Part shown: in pieces, positions 29,331 to 38,669 of the stretch | Layout of the letters: each line of letters starts with the position of its first letter | Numbering within the stretch: the first letter of the stretch is position 1 | Assembly (NCBI GenBank): GCA_041690595.1 | Contig: JAWLHB010000015.1 | Coordinates: 62,001 to 126,000, forward strand | Origin: Lentisphaeria bacterium | GTDB taxonomy: Bacteria; Verrucomicrobiota; Lentisphaeria; JABSQK01; JAWLHB01 | Length of the DNA: 64,000 bases | Reading direction: 5' to 3' | Position numbers and translations under genes: made by a program | Notes under the pieces: generated by a model | Databases searched by the model: none | Told to the model about the DNA's origin: nothing | The model's input: the letters and a program-made list of their open reading frames with translations, nothing else

Positions 29331-31142
29331 TCACAGCCCCGTCAGATAGTCGATCTTTGGACCGCGCGGTGTGATGCCGATGAGGCGATTTCCCGCATAT
29401 CGCAGATGCACGGAAACGCGCTCATCGGCAGCGCTCGCCGCAAAGAGCCGCGCCCCGTTTGGCGAACCGAAGATCTCGTCCGTTTCCCACTCGGTCAGCG
29501 GCCATCGCACCGTCACCGTTTCTCCAGCGGCGAGCTGGACGACGAACCAGCGCCCTTCCCGCTTCGCGCCTGCTCCTTCGGCGCGGACCGCCCCCTCCGC
29601 CACATGGCTGGGGATCCGCACCCGAAGCTCATGATCGCGGGCCGCTGTCGCCGTCACCCCTCCGTCGGCAAGCGCCTCGATACGTATGGCGCCATTCGCA
29701 TGACCGGCCGCGATGCGCACCATGGTGCAGTCGCCGCGGCTCACGACCGCATTCTGCCAGGCGTGGCAAAGAGCCCGGCATCCGGCATAAGCGCAACAGC
29801 CGCCCGAGGTGATCACGGGGGTATGCGGGCCCACGGCCGGATCGTCGAGCAACTTGGGGGAGACATTGCGAAGCCACCCTTCGGAGCCATATACGCCCAT
29901 ATCCGGAAGATGCGGGCGACAGCTTGCCCACGTGCCCTGCAGGCGATCCAGGCGCGCGGCCGCTTCCGCCTCCGTCAACTCATCGGTACAGACCAGGTGG
30001 GGCAGCAGCCTTGCCGGATCCGTCAACTGCGTCTTCAGGATCTCATTGCGCGTGAAGCGCTCCACATCATCCCACAGATCCGCCAGCTCCTCCCAGCGAG
30101 GATCCAGCTCGGCGCACCGCGCCAGGTTCCCCGCCAGCTCGATCATGTCGGCAGTGCAGCAGAGTTCGCTGACACAGCTCGGCTGATCCGCGGCGGTCTC
30201 GGGGAAGCAGCCACAGGACGTACCCGGGCACGCGTTGCGGTCGGCATCGAAGATCCACCGCCAGACCCGCACGGCTAGCTCGATCCAGCTGATCGCCAGC
30301 TCCCGCTCTCCGCGATGCCAGAGCAGGTGCGCCAGCCGGACAAGGGCATCCAGCCCCGATACCGCGCCATGGAAGTGGCCCATGAAAGCACCATCCTCGC
30401 TGAACATCGGAGAGGTGCTTCGCCGACGCGACTCGTGCCCCGCCAGGAAGCCGCGCGCGATGCGCATCGCCAGGTCGAGATCGCCCTGCTCCCCCGTCAA
30501 GAGCGCCAGATCCACCTGCGGCCCAAGCAACTGTGACGTGACGATGCACCAGTTGTACCAGTTCTGATACCCGAAATCGCGTCCTTCCGGCAGCGTCGTC
30601 GACTCGTTCCAGAAGAGATCCGATGGCCAGTGGAGGCTTTCTTCGCCATCCGGAAGCGTGGTGCTCACCGCTCGCGCCAGCACCCCTTCCTGCAGCCGGC
30701 GAATCAAGCCGAGCAGGAGCGGCCGTTCATGCCGGCAGGTCAGGCGATGCCCCAGGCGGTAGACGAGATAGTCGAAGCTCCGCCCCTGATCCCACATGTG
30801 GTAGTAGAACTCACCCTTGGCGGGGTCGCTGTGATCCGGCACGCAGGCCATCCCCGAAGGCGTCAGCAGCACGTATTGCAGGTGCCGCCACAGCCCCTCT
30901 TCCCACGGCCCCGGCACCGGCTCATTCGCGATCTCGCGCATCGCCAGCCACACCCGCAGTGCCCGGCTGGTAACATCGCCATGGTCCCATTGCGTGTGGC
31001 GGATGTGCGGTTCCGGCAGCAGAACGCAGTCGAAGGCCGGCCGCAGGCGGTTCTCTTCCGCGATCAGCGTGCGGGTCATGAAACCATCGCGCGCCAAGCT
31101 CATGCGCTCAAAAATCGTCGTCCTGAAGTCGTCCTGCATCAC
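29331..31142 (-). CDS. Divergent GH127/GH146-like (DUF1680-like) protein
   Basis: SELCCTADMIEL, DDVERFTRN and GGCCAYAG resemble the Cys/Zn motifs of GH127; C-terminal LRVRIP beta-sandwich. Confidence 0.55.
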   Translation of the reverse strand: MMQDDFRTTIFERMSLARDGFMTRTLIAEENRLRPAFDCVLLPEPHIRHTQWDHGDVTSRALRVWLAMREIANEPVPGPWEEGLWRHLQYVLLTPSGMACVPDHSDPAKGEFYYHMWDQGRSFDYLVYRLGHRLTCRHERPLLLGLIRRLQEGVLARAVSTTLPDGEESLHWPSDLFWNESTTLPEGRDFGYQNWYNWCIVTSQLLGPQVDLALLTGEQGDLDLAMRIARGFLAGHESRRRSTSPMFSEDGAFMGHFHGAVSGLDALVRLAHLLWHRGERELAISWIELAVRVWRWIFDADRNACPGTSCGCFPETAADQPSCVSELCCTADMIELAGNLARCAELDPRWEELADLWDDVERFTRNEILKTQLTDPARLLPHLVCTDELTEAEAAARLDRLQGTWASCRPHLPDMGVYGSEGWLRNVSPKLLDDPAVGPHTPVITSGGCCAYAGCRALCHAWQNAVVSRGDCTMVRIAAGHANGAIRIEALADGGVTATAARDHELRVRIPSHVAEGAVRAEGAGAKREGRWFVVQLAAGETVTVRWPLTEWETDEIFGSPNGARLFAASAADERVSVHLRYAGNRLIGITPRGPKIDYLTGL

Positions 31143-31143
31143 A

Positions 31144-31890
31144 TCAATCCATGACTAGGCCGCCGTTGACATCGAGAATCTCGCCAGTGATATAACCCGC
31201 CCGCGGCGAGACCAGGAAGGCCACCGCATTGGCGATATCCAGCGGTTGCCCGTATGCCTGCCACGGGATCTTCGCCGCAAACGCATCGTTGACCTCCTCT
31301 CCCCAGGCGGCCGTCATCTCGGTGGCGTTTGGCCCCGGACATACCGCGTTGACATTGATCTTGTACGGCGCCGCCTGAAGCGCCAGGGACTTCGTGAAGC
31401 AGATCACCCCCGCCTTGCTGGCGGAGTAATGCGCCCCCGCGGCAAGCCCGCCAAGCTTGCCCGCCGCCGACGCGATACTCACGATCTTGCCGCGCCCGCG
31501 CTCCTTCATCGAACGAAACGCCTCGCGCGAGCAGAGGAAGACGCTGCGCAGATTGATCGCCATGAAGCGATCCCATTCCGCCGCCGAAATCTCCAGAATC
31601 GGCACCATCCTGCAGATCCCCGCGTTGTTGACCAGGATCTCCAGCGGCCCGCCCTGAGCCTGCGCCTGGCGCATCATCGCCTCGACATCGCTCTCCGCCG
31701 ATACGTCGGCCCGCAGCGGCCAGCTCTTTCCGCCCTGTGCACGGATCATCTCCGCCGTCGCCGCGGCACCCGCTTCATCCAGATCGACCGCGCTTACCCA
31801 GGCACCCGCTTCGGCAAGTGTCAGGCAAATCTGGCGCCCGATGCCGCGCGCGGCTCCCGTCACCAACGCATGCTGTCCGCTCAATTCCAC
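31144..31890 (-). CDS. SDR family oxidoreductase
   Basis: [19 protein letters not shown] and VNAVCPG motifs. GTG 31890 follows a GGAGG RBS. Confidence 0.93.
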   Translation of the reverse strand: MELSGQHALVTGAARGIGRQICLTLAEAGAWVSAVDLDEAGAAATAEMIRAQGGKSWPLRADVSAESDVEAMMRQAQAQGGPLEILVNNAGICRMVPILEISAAEWDRFMAINLRSVFLCSREAFRSMKERGRGKIVSIASAAGKLGGLAAGAHYSASKAGVICFTKSLALQAAPYKINVNAVCPGPNATEMTAAWGEEVNDAFAAKIPWQAYGQPLDIANAVAFLVSPRAGYITGEILDVNGGLVMD

Positions 31891-31935
31891 TCCCGCCTCC
31901 CCTGCCGCTCGGCGGCAACCGTTCAAATGTATTGA

Positions 31936-32682
31936 CTATTTTGCCAGATAACCGCCGTCGACCAGCACATCGCTGCCGGTCATGAAGGACGAGTCCTCGC
32001 TGGCCAGAAAGGCGACCACACCCGCCACCTCTTCGGCGCGTCCCTGCCGTCCAAGCAGATGCAGCGCGCTCGCCCGCCGATCCTCTTCCTCGATATCGAG
32101 CCCGAGCTGCGTACATGAATTGACGAAGGCGCTGGTATAAATGTAGCCGGGGCAGAGGGTGTTGACGCGAATGCCAAAGGGACCCAGATCCTGCGCCCAG
32201 CACTTCGTCAACCCCCGGATCGCGAATTTGGTCGCGTTGTAGGTAGCGAAGTTCGCCTGCCCCACATGCCCGCTGACTGACGAGAAGTTGATGATGCTGC
32301 CCCCGCCCGCCTCCTTCATCCCCGGCACCACATGCTTTGCCATCAGCGAGGTACCCATCACGTTGACCGAAAGGATCTTCTGCCACTCCGCGACGGTCGC
32401 GTCGATGCTCTTGAAGACGAAGAACGCCGCGCTGTTCACCAGCACATCGACGAGCCCCACCTCCTCCCGCACCGCGCCGCAGGCCGCTTCGATCTGTGCC
32501 TCGTTGCTGATGTCGACCTGATGAAAGCCGCAGCCGATAGCGGCCGCCATGCCATCCCCGTCCGCCTTCACATCGAAGAGCGTCACCAGACACCCCTCCT
32601 CGACCAGCCGGATAGCGCTGACATAGCCAAGGTCGCCCAAGCCACCCGTAATAATCACCCGCTTTCCCTTAAGGCCCCGCAT
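31936..32682 (-). CDS. SDR family oxidoreductase
   Basis: TGGLGDLG, YNATK, IRVNTLCPG and VDGG motifs. ATG 32682 follows GGAGGAG. Confidence 0.93.
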   Translation of the reverse strand: MRGLKGKRVIITGGLGDLGYVSAIRLVEEGCLVTLFDVKADGDGMAAAIGCGFHQVDISNEAQIEAACGAVREEVGLVDVLVNSAAFFVFKSIDATVAEWQKILSVNVMGTSLMAKHVVPGMKEAGGGSIINFSSVSGHVGQANFATYNATKFAIRGLTKCWAQDLGPFGIRVNTLCPGYIYTSAFVNSCTQLGLDIEEEDRRASALHLLGRQGRAEEVAGVVAFLASEDSSFMTGSDVLVDGGYLAK

Positions 32683-32684
32683 TT

Positions 32685-33545
32685 TCACTCCTCCAACCGG
32701 TAGAAGGTGATGGCATTGTCGTGGAAGAGCTTGCGGCGACGCGGCTCGCTCCACTCCGCCGTGTAGCTCACCAGCGTATCGAACCAGCGGCGATACGTCG
32801 AGGCCAGGGTGCAGACCGGCCAGTCGCCACCGAAGCAGACACGGTCCTCATTGAAAGCGCTGAAGGCTACCTCCAGGTACGGCTCGAGGTCGGCGGCAGA
32901 CCAACGCTCCCACTCCGCCTCATTCACCAGCCCCGAGACCTTGCACCACGTATTCGGCAGCGCGCCCAGCAGCCTCATGTAACCGGCCCATGGCTCCAGA
33001 ATGCGCTCCTTGATGAAAGGCTTGCCGATGTGGTCGAGCATGAAGGTCACCCGCGGACAGCGGCGAACCAGCGCCAGAACCGCCTCGAACTGCTCGTCTC
33101 CCTTGATGCACAGATCGAAGCTCAGCCCATACTCCGCCAGCATCTGAACCCCCTGCACAAAGCCCGGCGCGAGCCCGAAATCGGCGTCCGGCTCGAACTG
33201 CAGGATGCGCCGAATCCCTTTCACCCGCGGATTTGCCGCCAGCTTCTTGAGCGCCGGCCGCGCTCCCTCGCCCCGCTCCAGCGGCGCCCACGGCACGATC
33301 CCCTGAATCCGCTCGTCTCTCTGCGCCAGCCCTTCCACCCAGTCGCACTCGTCCTGAGCCTGCGCGGGATCGCATTCGCATTGAAGGAAGACCATTCGCC
33401 GGATCGGAATGCCGGCCGTTGCCGCGTCGTACGCATCCAGCAGGTGGGGCCGATTGATTGCCTCGGCACCGGCCAGCCATGGATACGACAGACGATCGGG
33501 ATCCCACAAATGCAGGTGAGTGTCGGCGACAGGAAAATCAATCAT
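32685..33545 (-). CDS. Amidohydrolase family protein (L-fuconolactonase-like sugar lactonase)
   Basis: DTHLHLW, GIRR, LDHIGKP, CKVSG and FGGDWPV motifs. Confidence 0.88.
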   Translation of the reverse strand: MIDFPVADTHLHLWDPDRLSYPWLAGAEAINRPHLLDAYDAATAGIPIRRMVFLQCECDPAQAQDECDWVEGLAQRDERIQGIVPWAPLERGEGARPALKKLAANPRVKGIRRILQFEPDADFGLAPGFVQGVQMLAEYGLSFDLCIKGDEQFEAVLALVRRCPRVTFMLDHIGKPFIKERILEPWAGYMRLLGALPNTWCKVSGLVNEAEWERWSAADLEPYLEVAFSAFNEDRVCFGGDWPVCTLASTYRRWFDTLVSYTAEWSEPRRRKLFHDNAITFYRLEE

Positions 33546-33561
33546 GACGTCACCTCGTTAA

Positions 33562-33622
33562 TGACAAGTGTCAAAGTCCATGCGTTCCTTACAAGAATAT
33601 CCAGCCTCTCTCTGCGTGTCAA
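33562..33622 (-). promoter_or_regulatory. Sigma-70 promoter and palindromic operator of the sugar catabolic operon
   Basis: Minus strand TTGACA (33622-33617), 17 nt, TATTCT (33599-33594). Palindrome TGACA-AG-TGTCA at 33562-33573 lies downstream of the promoter. Confidence 0.7.
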
Positions 33623-33783
33623 TGCATACCTCCAAAAGGATCCAGATCGGCCAAAACCTCGGTCCCCGCGTTCCCATTGGAGCCGCCCTCCGAGCGGCCC
33701 AGCTCCACTGTGGGAGAGGATCTAATCTTGCCCGTCGGTCTCGGGGTGAAACTTCACATTCGTCAATATTGGACGCTAAACGA

Positions 33784-33919
33784 TCACCACGAAGGACACG
33801 AAGAGCACGAAGGTTGTAAAAAGTAAATCAAGATGATCGTTATGATATTTATAATGACTTACCATCACGGTTAAAGCCTTACAATCCATTCTTCGTGCTC
33901 TTCGTGCTCTTCGTGGTGA
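33784..33919. repeat. Miniature inverted-repeat element with arms of three 9-bp units
   Basis: Left arm TCACCACGAAGGACACGAAGAGCACGAAG (33784-33812) matches the reverse complement of 33891-33919 at 27/29 positions; AT-rich core. Confidence 0.85.
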
Positions 33920-34435
33920 GTTTCGTCCGCTTGGATCTGCCTTCTGGGTGACCGCTTTTTCGCTCCCCAAAAACTCTGAGACGAGGTTCGGGCGGATTGC
34001 AGCACAAAAGCGAGTTCATTGTTGCGTCAGTCCCTTGTGATTCCCCGATTGGGTGGATACTATTCCTGCGGTACCTGTCAGCATAACCGACACACCCCCA
34101 ACCTGCCCATCCGGCTGATCCCCGCCAGATCAGCCCAAGCGTTGCCAATGGAGAAGACGATGTCGTTGTTCAAGTCCCTGTTCGGCAAATCGGAGAATCC
34201 GAAAGGGCGTTTCGACAACTGCTGGATGATTCTCCAGTGCGCGTAAGATCATCGCAGGGTCTGTGGCGGTACGCCTCCCCGACGCCCCAGCCAACCCTGC
34301 CCTTGCACGCTCCATAGTCCCAACGCTACATTCATAAGCGAGCGTCCCCCCCCCTGTCTCCTCAGGATCGACACGACAGCTCCTGTCGCCGCTCGCGGGC
34401 AGGCTGCTGGCATTTTCCCAAATTCAGGGTCAACC

Positions 34436-35515
34436 ATGGCAGTTTTAGTGTTCATCGTTGGGCTGGTCTTTCTGATCGTCGGTGCGGAAGCATTGGTGCG
34501 GGGCGCATCCCGTCTGGCGGCTCTTCTCGGCATATCGCCGCTGGTCATCGGGCTGACGGTCGTAGCCTTCGGCACCAGCTCACCCGAACTCGCGGTTAGT
34601 GTCAAATCGGCACTGTCAGGCCAAGCCAGCATTGCCGTGGGAAACGTTGTTGGCAGCAATATTTTCAACGTTCTCTTCATCCTTGGCCTTTCAGCGCTGA
34701 TCGTACCGTTAGTCGTGTCGCAACAGCTTGTACGACTCGATGTGCCGTTGATGATAGCACTGTCGGTGCTCGTGCTGATACTCTCGCTGGATGAACACCT
34801 CAGCCGCGTTGACGGTCTCATGCTGGTTGTCGGTCTCATTATCTACGTCTGGTTCCTGATGCGCCAGAGTCGCAAGGAAAGCGCCGAATTACGGAAGGAG
34901 AAGGATTCCGGTACTGAGACATCGGCAAGAAGCAGCTGGATAAAAGACATAAGCTTGGTCGTGGGAGGCCTGGCGTTGTTGGTCCTCGGCTCCCGCTGGC
35001 TTGTCGACGGTGCGATTTCCTTTGCCCACTATATGGGGGTCAGCGAATTGGTTGTAGGACTGACTATCGTCGCAGCAGGTACATCCCTCCCTGAAGTCGT
35101 CACTTCAGTCATCGCGGCGATTCGTGGAGAGCGCGACATCGCTGTGGGTAATGTGGTCGGCAGCAATATCTTCAACATCATGGGTGTACTTGGGATTGCC
35201 AGCATCGTGGCGCCAACAGGCATTGACGTATCAACGGCAGTCGTCGGTTTCGATATACCCGTCATGATCATGGTGGCCTTGGCCTGCATGCCCATATTCT
35301 TCACAGGCGGCGTTATCAGCCGCAAGGAGGGGGTAGTGCTATTGGGGTACTACGTGGCCTATACGCTCTACCTCGTCCTGGCTGCATCTCATCATGATGC
35401 TCTGCCAAGGTTCAGTGAAGTCATGGTGTATGTCGTGATTCCGCTGACCGTGGTCACCTTGGTAGCTATAGCGCTACAGGAAATTCGCAAGCGGAGAAAA
35501 CGTTCACCGCCTTGA
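34436..35515 (+). CDS. Calcium/sodium antiporter (YrbG-like, CaCA superfamily)
   Basis: Two alpha-repeat motif sets: GTSSPE...GNVVGSNIFN and GTSLPE...GNVVGSNIFN. Confidence 0.95.
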   Translation: MAVLVFIVGLVFLIVGAEALVRGASRLAALLGISPLVIGLTVVAFGTSSPELAVSVKSALSGQASIAVGNVVGSNIFNVLFILGLSALIVPLVVSQQLVRLDVPLMIALSVLVLILSLDEHLSRVDGLMLVVGLIIYVWFLMRQSRKESAELRKEKDSGTETSARSSWIKDISLVVGGLALLVLGSRWLVDGAISFAHYMGVSELVVGLTIVAAGTSLPEVVTSVIAAIRGERDIAVGNVVGSNIFNIMGVLGIASIVAPTGIDVSTAVVGFDIPVMIMVALACMPIFFTGGVISRKEGVVLLGYYVAYTLYLVLAASHHDALPRFSEVMVYVVIPLTVVTLVAIALQEIRKRRKRSPP

Positions 35516-35567
35516 GTTCAGCGATGGCAGCCTGGCTTTTCGAATCTCTCCTCCCTCCAGATTCACC

Positions 35568-35620
35568 GTGGGGTCTGGGGAGGCGAGCCCCCCAGCGGGG
35601 TTCGGGGCAGCGTCCCGCTG
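35568..35620 (+). repeat. REP-like double-hairpin, copy 1
   Basis: GTGGGGTCTGGGGAGG..CCCCAGCGGGGTTCGGGGCAGCGTCCCGCTG; near-identical copy at 36798. Confidence 0.8.
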
Positions 35621-35699
35621 TCAGTCTTTCCTTCCAACTCCGCGCTTGTACACGCGCGGTCGTGCCGATAGATTGCGGAAAAGGAATCGGGAGTTTCGC

Positions 35700-36197
35700 A
35701 TGGAACCCTTTACAAAGCGGAAGCAGATCGTTGGTTTGGCCGGCTGGCTTCTTGTCAGCTTCATTGCCGCGGCCATGGGCGGCGTCGCATCGAGCCAGGC
35801 AGGCTCATTCTACCGGCAACTCGTCCTCCCCGACTGGGCCCCTCCCGGCTGGATCTTCGGCCCCGTCTGGACCGTTCTCTATATCCTGATGGGCATCGCG
35901 GCGTGGCTGGTCTGGCGAATTGGCGGCTTTCGTGCAGCCAAACCTGCGCTCACGCTGTTTCTGGTGCAACTCGCCTTCAACGCCCTCTGGACCTGGTTAT
36001 TCTTTGCCTGGCAACGTGGTGGTTTGGCCTTCGCCGAGATTCTGGTGCTATGGGTATTGATCCTGGCGACCCTGATAGCCTTCTGGCGCATCAGACCATG
36101 GGCAGGCGCCTTGTTCGTGCCATACCTGCTATGGGTCAGCTTCGCTTGCGCCCTCAACTATGCCATATGGCAACTCAATCCCCAGATCCTCGGCTGA
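35700..36197 (+). CDS. tspO: TspO/MBR tryptophan-rich sensory protein
   Basis: PDWAPPGWIFGPVWTVLY, QLAFNALWTWLFF and PYLLWVSFA motifs. ATG 35700 follows GGGAG. Confidence 0.93.
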   Translation: MEPFTKRKQIVGLAGWLLVSFIAAAMGGVASSQAGSFYRQLVLPDWAPPGWIFGPVWTVLYILMGIAAWLVWRIGGFRAAKPALTLFLVQLAFNALWTWLFFAWQRGGLAFAEILVLWVLILATLIAFWRIRPWAGALFVPYLLWVSFACALNYAIWQLNPQILG

Positions 36198-36228
36198 TCA
36201 CGTTTTAGCTCAAATCAGGCATCCTCCC

Positions 36229-36554
36229 ATGATCATTGTATTGGCAGCCATTAACCTTATACTCTTCGGCGTCTGGGCATTTGTCATGGGGAAGGGGCGC
36301 AAACTCCCCGCCCTGATCACGGGGCTTCTATGCTTGGTCGCCAACACATGGCTTGTCGCAACGTTTCTGACGGTTTCGCTCGGCTATGGCCGAGACTGGG
36401 AGAAAAATCGCTGAGAGAAATCAGGACGGTTCTGGAGCAAGGCAATGACCAGGCAGTCATCCGGGCAATCGACTCCACGCTGGATGCGCCTGACGACGGC
36501 ACCTACCTTGGCGCACGCCTTATCCAGAACCTGCGTGACGAACGAGCTGACTAA
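36229..36554 (+). pseudogene. Small membrane protein gene apparently frameshifted at an A5 tract
   Basis: A two-TM ORF stops at 36414. One extra A at 36403-36407 would join it to the frame ending at 36554 (…WEKKSLREIRTVL…). Confidence 0.45.
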
Positions 36555-36624
36555 CAGCCCCCCTGCACAAGGTCAAAGTCCCCCACCCAGCCGTTGCCCG
36601 ACATTCTTCTTCATAGTCCGTTGC

Positions 36625-36697
36625 CGTCCCCTTCGTCCCCTGCGTCCACTGCGTGCCCCCACTCGATCTTTGCGATCTCTGCGATCTTTGTGGTTAA
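36625..36697 (+). repeat. Two adjacent 9-bp x3 tandem repeats
   Basis: CGTCCCCTT/CGTCCCCTG/CGTCCACTG (36625-36651) and CGATCTTTG/CGATCTCTG/CGATCTTTG + TGGTTAA (36664-36697). Confidence 0.75.
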
Positions 36698-36797
36698 TTT
36701 CTGCTGCGTCTCTGCGTTGTCCTGCTCCCTCCGCCCCTCCCCAATATCCCTTGTCGGATTCCGTAGATCCGATCTGCGGAAACCGACAAGAAGCAAT

Positions 36798-36851
36798 GTG
36801 GGGTCTGGGGAGGTGCGCCTCCCCAGCGGGGTCCGGGGCAGCGCCCCGCTG
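36798..36851 (+). repeat. REP-like double-hairpin, copy 2
   Basis: Stems CTGGGGAGG-TGCG-CCTCCCCAG and AGCGGGG...CCCCGCT; direct repeat of 35568-35620. Confidence 0.8.
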
Positions 36852-36928
36852 GTGCTCGCCCCGCCGGTGCTCGTTCGCCCTGCCTGTCCTCTTCTTGACA
36901 TGCGAGCGGTGGGTGGGCATTGTAGCGA

Positions 36929-38668
36929 ATGCTTGAATGGGACGACAAGGTAGGCAGTCGGTTTTCACCGGTACAGCGTCGGTGGTTGGGCTATGCCTTG
37001 CTGGCGGGGGTGACCTTGCTGTGTTACGTGCCCGCCTTATGGAACGGCTACATCTGGGATGATGACAACTATGTGACCGCCAACGTGACCCTGCGGAGTC
37101 TGGAGGGGTTGCGGAGGATCTGGCTGGAGCCGCGGTCGATACCCCAGTACTATCCGCTTGTGCACACAAGCTTCTGGCTGGAGTATCAGCTGTGGGGGCT
37201 GCAGCCGATGGGGTATCATCTGGTGAATATCCTGCTGCACATTGGCGGCGCGATGCTCCTCTGGCGGCTCCTGCGAGAGCTGGCGGTGCCTGGGGCGTGG
37301 CTGGGAGCCCTGCTCTTCGCGGTGCATCCGGTGCAGGTCGAGTCGGTGGCTTGGGTTACCGAGCGCAAGAATGTCCTCTCCCTGGTGTTCTATCTGGCGA
37401 CGCTGCTGGTTTATCTGCGGATGACGAAGGGTGGGGCGGCGGCCTGGTGGCGCACCCGCCGCGGATGGCTGCACTATGGTCTGGCGATGCTGCTTTTTGT
37501 TGCGGCATTGTTGAGCAAGACGGTGACCAGCACCCTGCCCGCGGCCCTGGTCGTGCTCCTGCTCTGGCGCGACTGGCCCGTGACGCGACGCGACTGGCGG
37601 ATGTTGCTGCCGCTGGTCCCCTTCTTCGTGATCGGTTTGGCAATGGCGTGGGTGACGATTCTCCTGGAGCGGCAGCATGTTGGGGCGATGGGAAGCGAAT
37701 GGGATTTCTCGCTAGTGGAGCGCTGCCTGATTGCCGGCCAGGTCGTCTGGTTCTATGCGGCCAAGCTCCTGTGGCCGGAGCCGCTCATCTTCATCTATCC
37801 GCGGTGGCAGATCGACAGCAGCCATGTGGCGCTCTATCTCTATCCGGCGGCGCTGCTCGCGGTGCTGATCTGGCTCTGGGTGCGGCGGCGGCGCTGGGGT
37901 CTGGGGCCGCTGGTCGCGGTGCTTCTCTTCATCGGCACGCTGACTCCAGCCCTCGGCTTCTTCAACGTCTACCCGATGCGCTACTCCTTTGTCGCCGATC
38001 ACTTTCAGTATCATGCCAGCATCTGGCTGTTGGCCCTCTTCGGGGCGCTGCTGCACCGGCTCTGCGACCGCTGGCCGCGTCTGGCACTCCTGCTGCCGGC
38101 GCTGATTATGGGGCTGGGTCTGCTGACCGCCCGCCATACCCTCGCCTTTCGCGACGAGCCAACCCTGTGGCGGGATGTGCTGGCGAAGAACGACAGCGCC
38201 TGGATCGCGCACAACAATCTCGGCCTGGCGCATTTGCACCAAGGAGACTACCAGAGTGCCATTACGCGCTTCCAATCCGTACTGAGCCTCCGGCCCGACC
38301 ACTCGAACGCCCCGATCAACCTGGCCCTGGCGCTGGAAAAGACGGGGAACATCGAAGAGGCGCGACGCTGGTATCAGGAGGGGCTCCAGCGGAACTTCCT
38401 CAATCCCCTGGCAATCAACGAAGTCGGCAACTTCTTTGCCCGCCAGGGAGAAGCGCAGAAGGCCGTCATCTGCTATCGGCAGGCCCTCGCCCTCCGCCCG
38501 CACGATCTTTCGATCCTGATGAATCTCGCCACCGCCCTCGAGGCTGCCGGTCAGCACGAGTCCGCCCTCTCCCGCGCCCGTGAGGCCCACGCCATGGCCC
38601 TGCGCTACCGCGCCGACGCCCCCCTCCTCCACCAGCTCCAGTCCCAGATCGACCGCCTGACGCCATAA
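36929..38668 (+). CDS. TMTC-like GT-C membrane glycosyltransferase with C-terminal TPR repeats
   Basis: YIWDDDNYV, YHLVNILLH, HPVQVESVAWVTERK, ALLSK and ADHFQY motifs; many TM segments; about four TPRs (AHNNLG...). Confidence 0.82.
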   Translation: MLEWDDKVGSRFSPVQRRWLGYALLAGVTLLCYVPALWNGYIWDDDNYVTANVTLRSLEGLRRIWLEPRSIPQYYPLVHTSFWLEYQLWGLQPMGYHLVNILLHIGGAMLLWRLLRELAVPGAWLGALLFAVHPVQVESVAWVTERKNVLSLVFYLATLLVYLRMTKGGAAAWWRTRRGWLHYGLAMLLFVAALLSKTVTSTLPAALVVLLLWRDWPVTRRDWRMLLPLVPFFVIGLAMAWVTILLERQHVGAMGSEWDFSLVERCLIAGQVVWFYAAKLLWPEPLIFIYPRWQIDSSHVALYLYPAALLAVLIWLWVRRRRWGLGPLVAVLLFIGTLTPALGFFNVYPMRYSFVADHFQYHASIWLLALFGALLHRLCDRWPRLALLLPALIMGLGLLTARHTLAFRDEPTLWRDVLAKNDSAWIAHNNLGLAHLHQGDYQSAITRFQSVLSLRPDHSNAPINLALALEKTGNIEEARRWYQEGLQRNFLNPLAINEVGNFFARQGEAQKAVICYRQALALRPHDLSILMNLATALEAAGQHESALSRAREAHAMALRYRADAPLLHQLQSQIDRLTP

Positions 38669-38669
38669 G

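Noticed and set aside
36445..36953. Short ORFs over the repeat regions (also 38466-39476 and 43360-44193)
   Set aside because: Translations are low-complexity products of the DNA repeats (SDPSDPS, RSLRSL) with no RBS or family signal.
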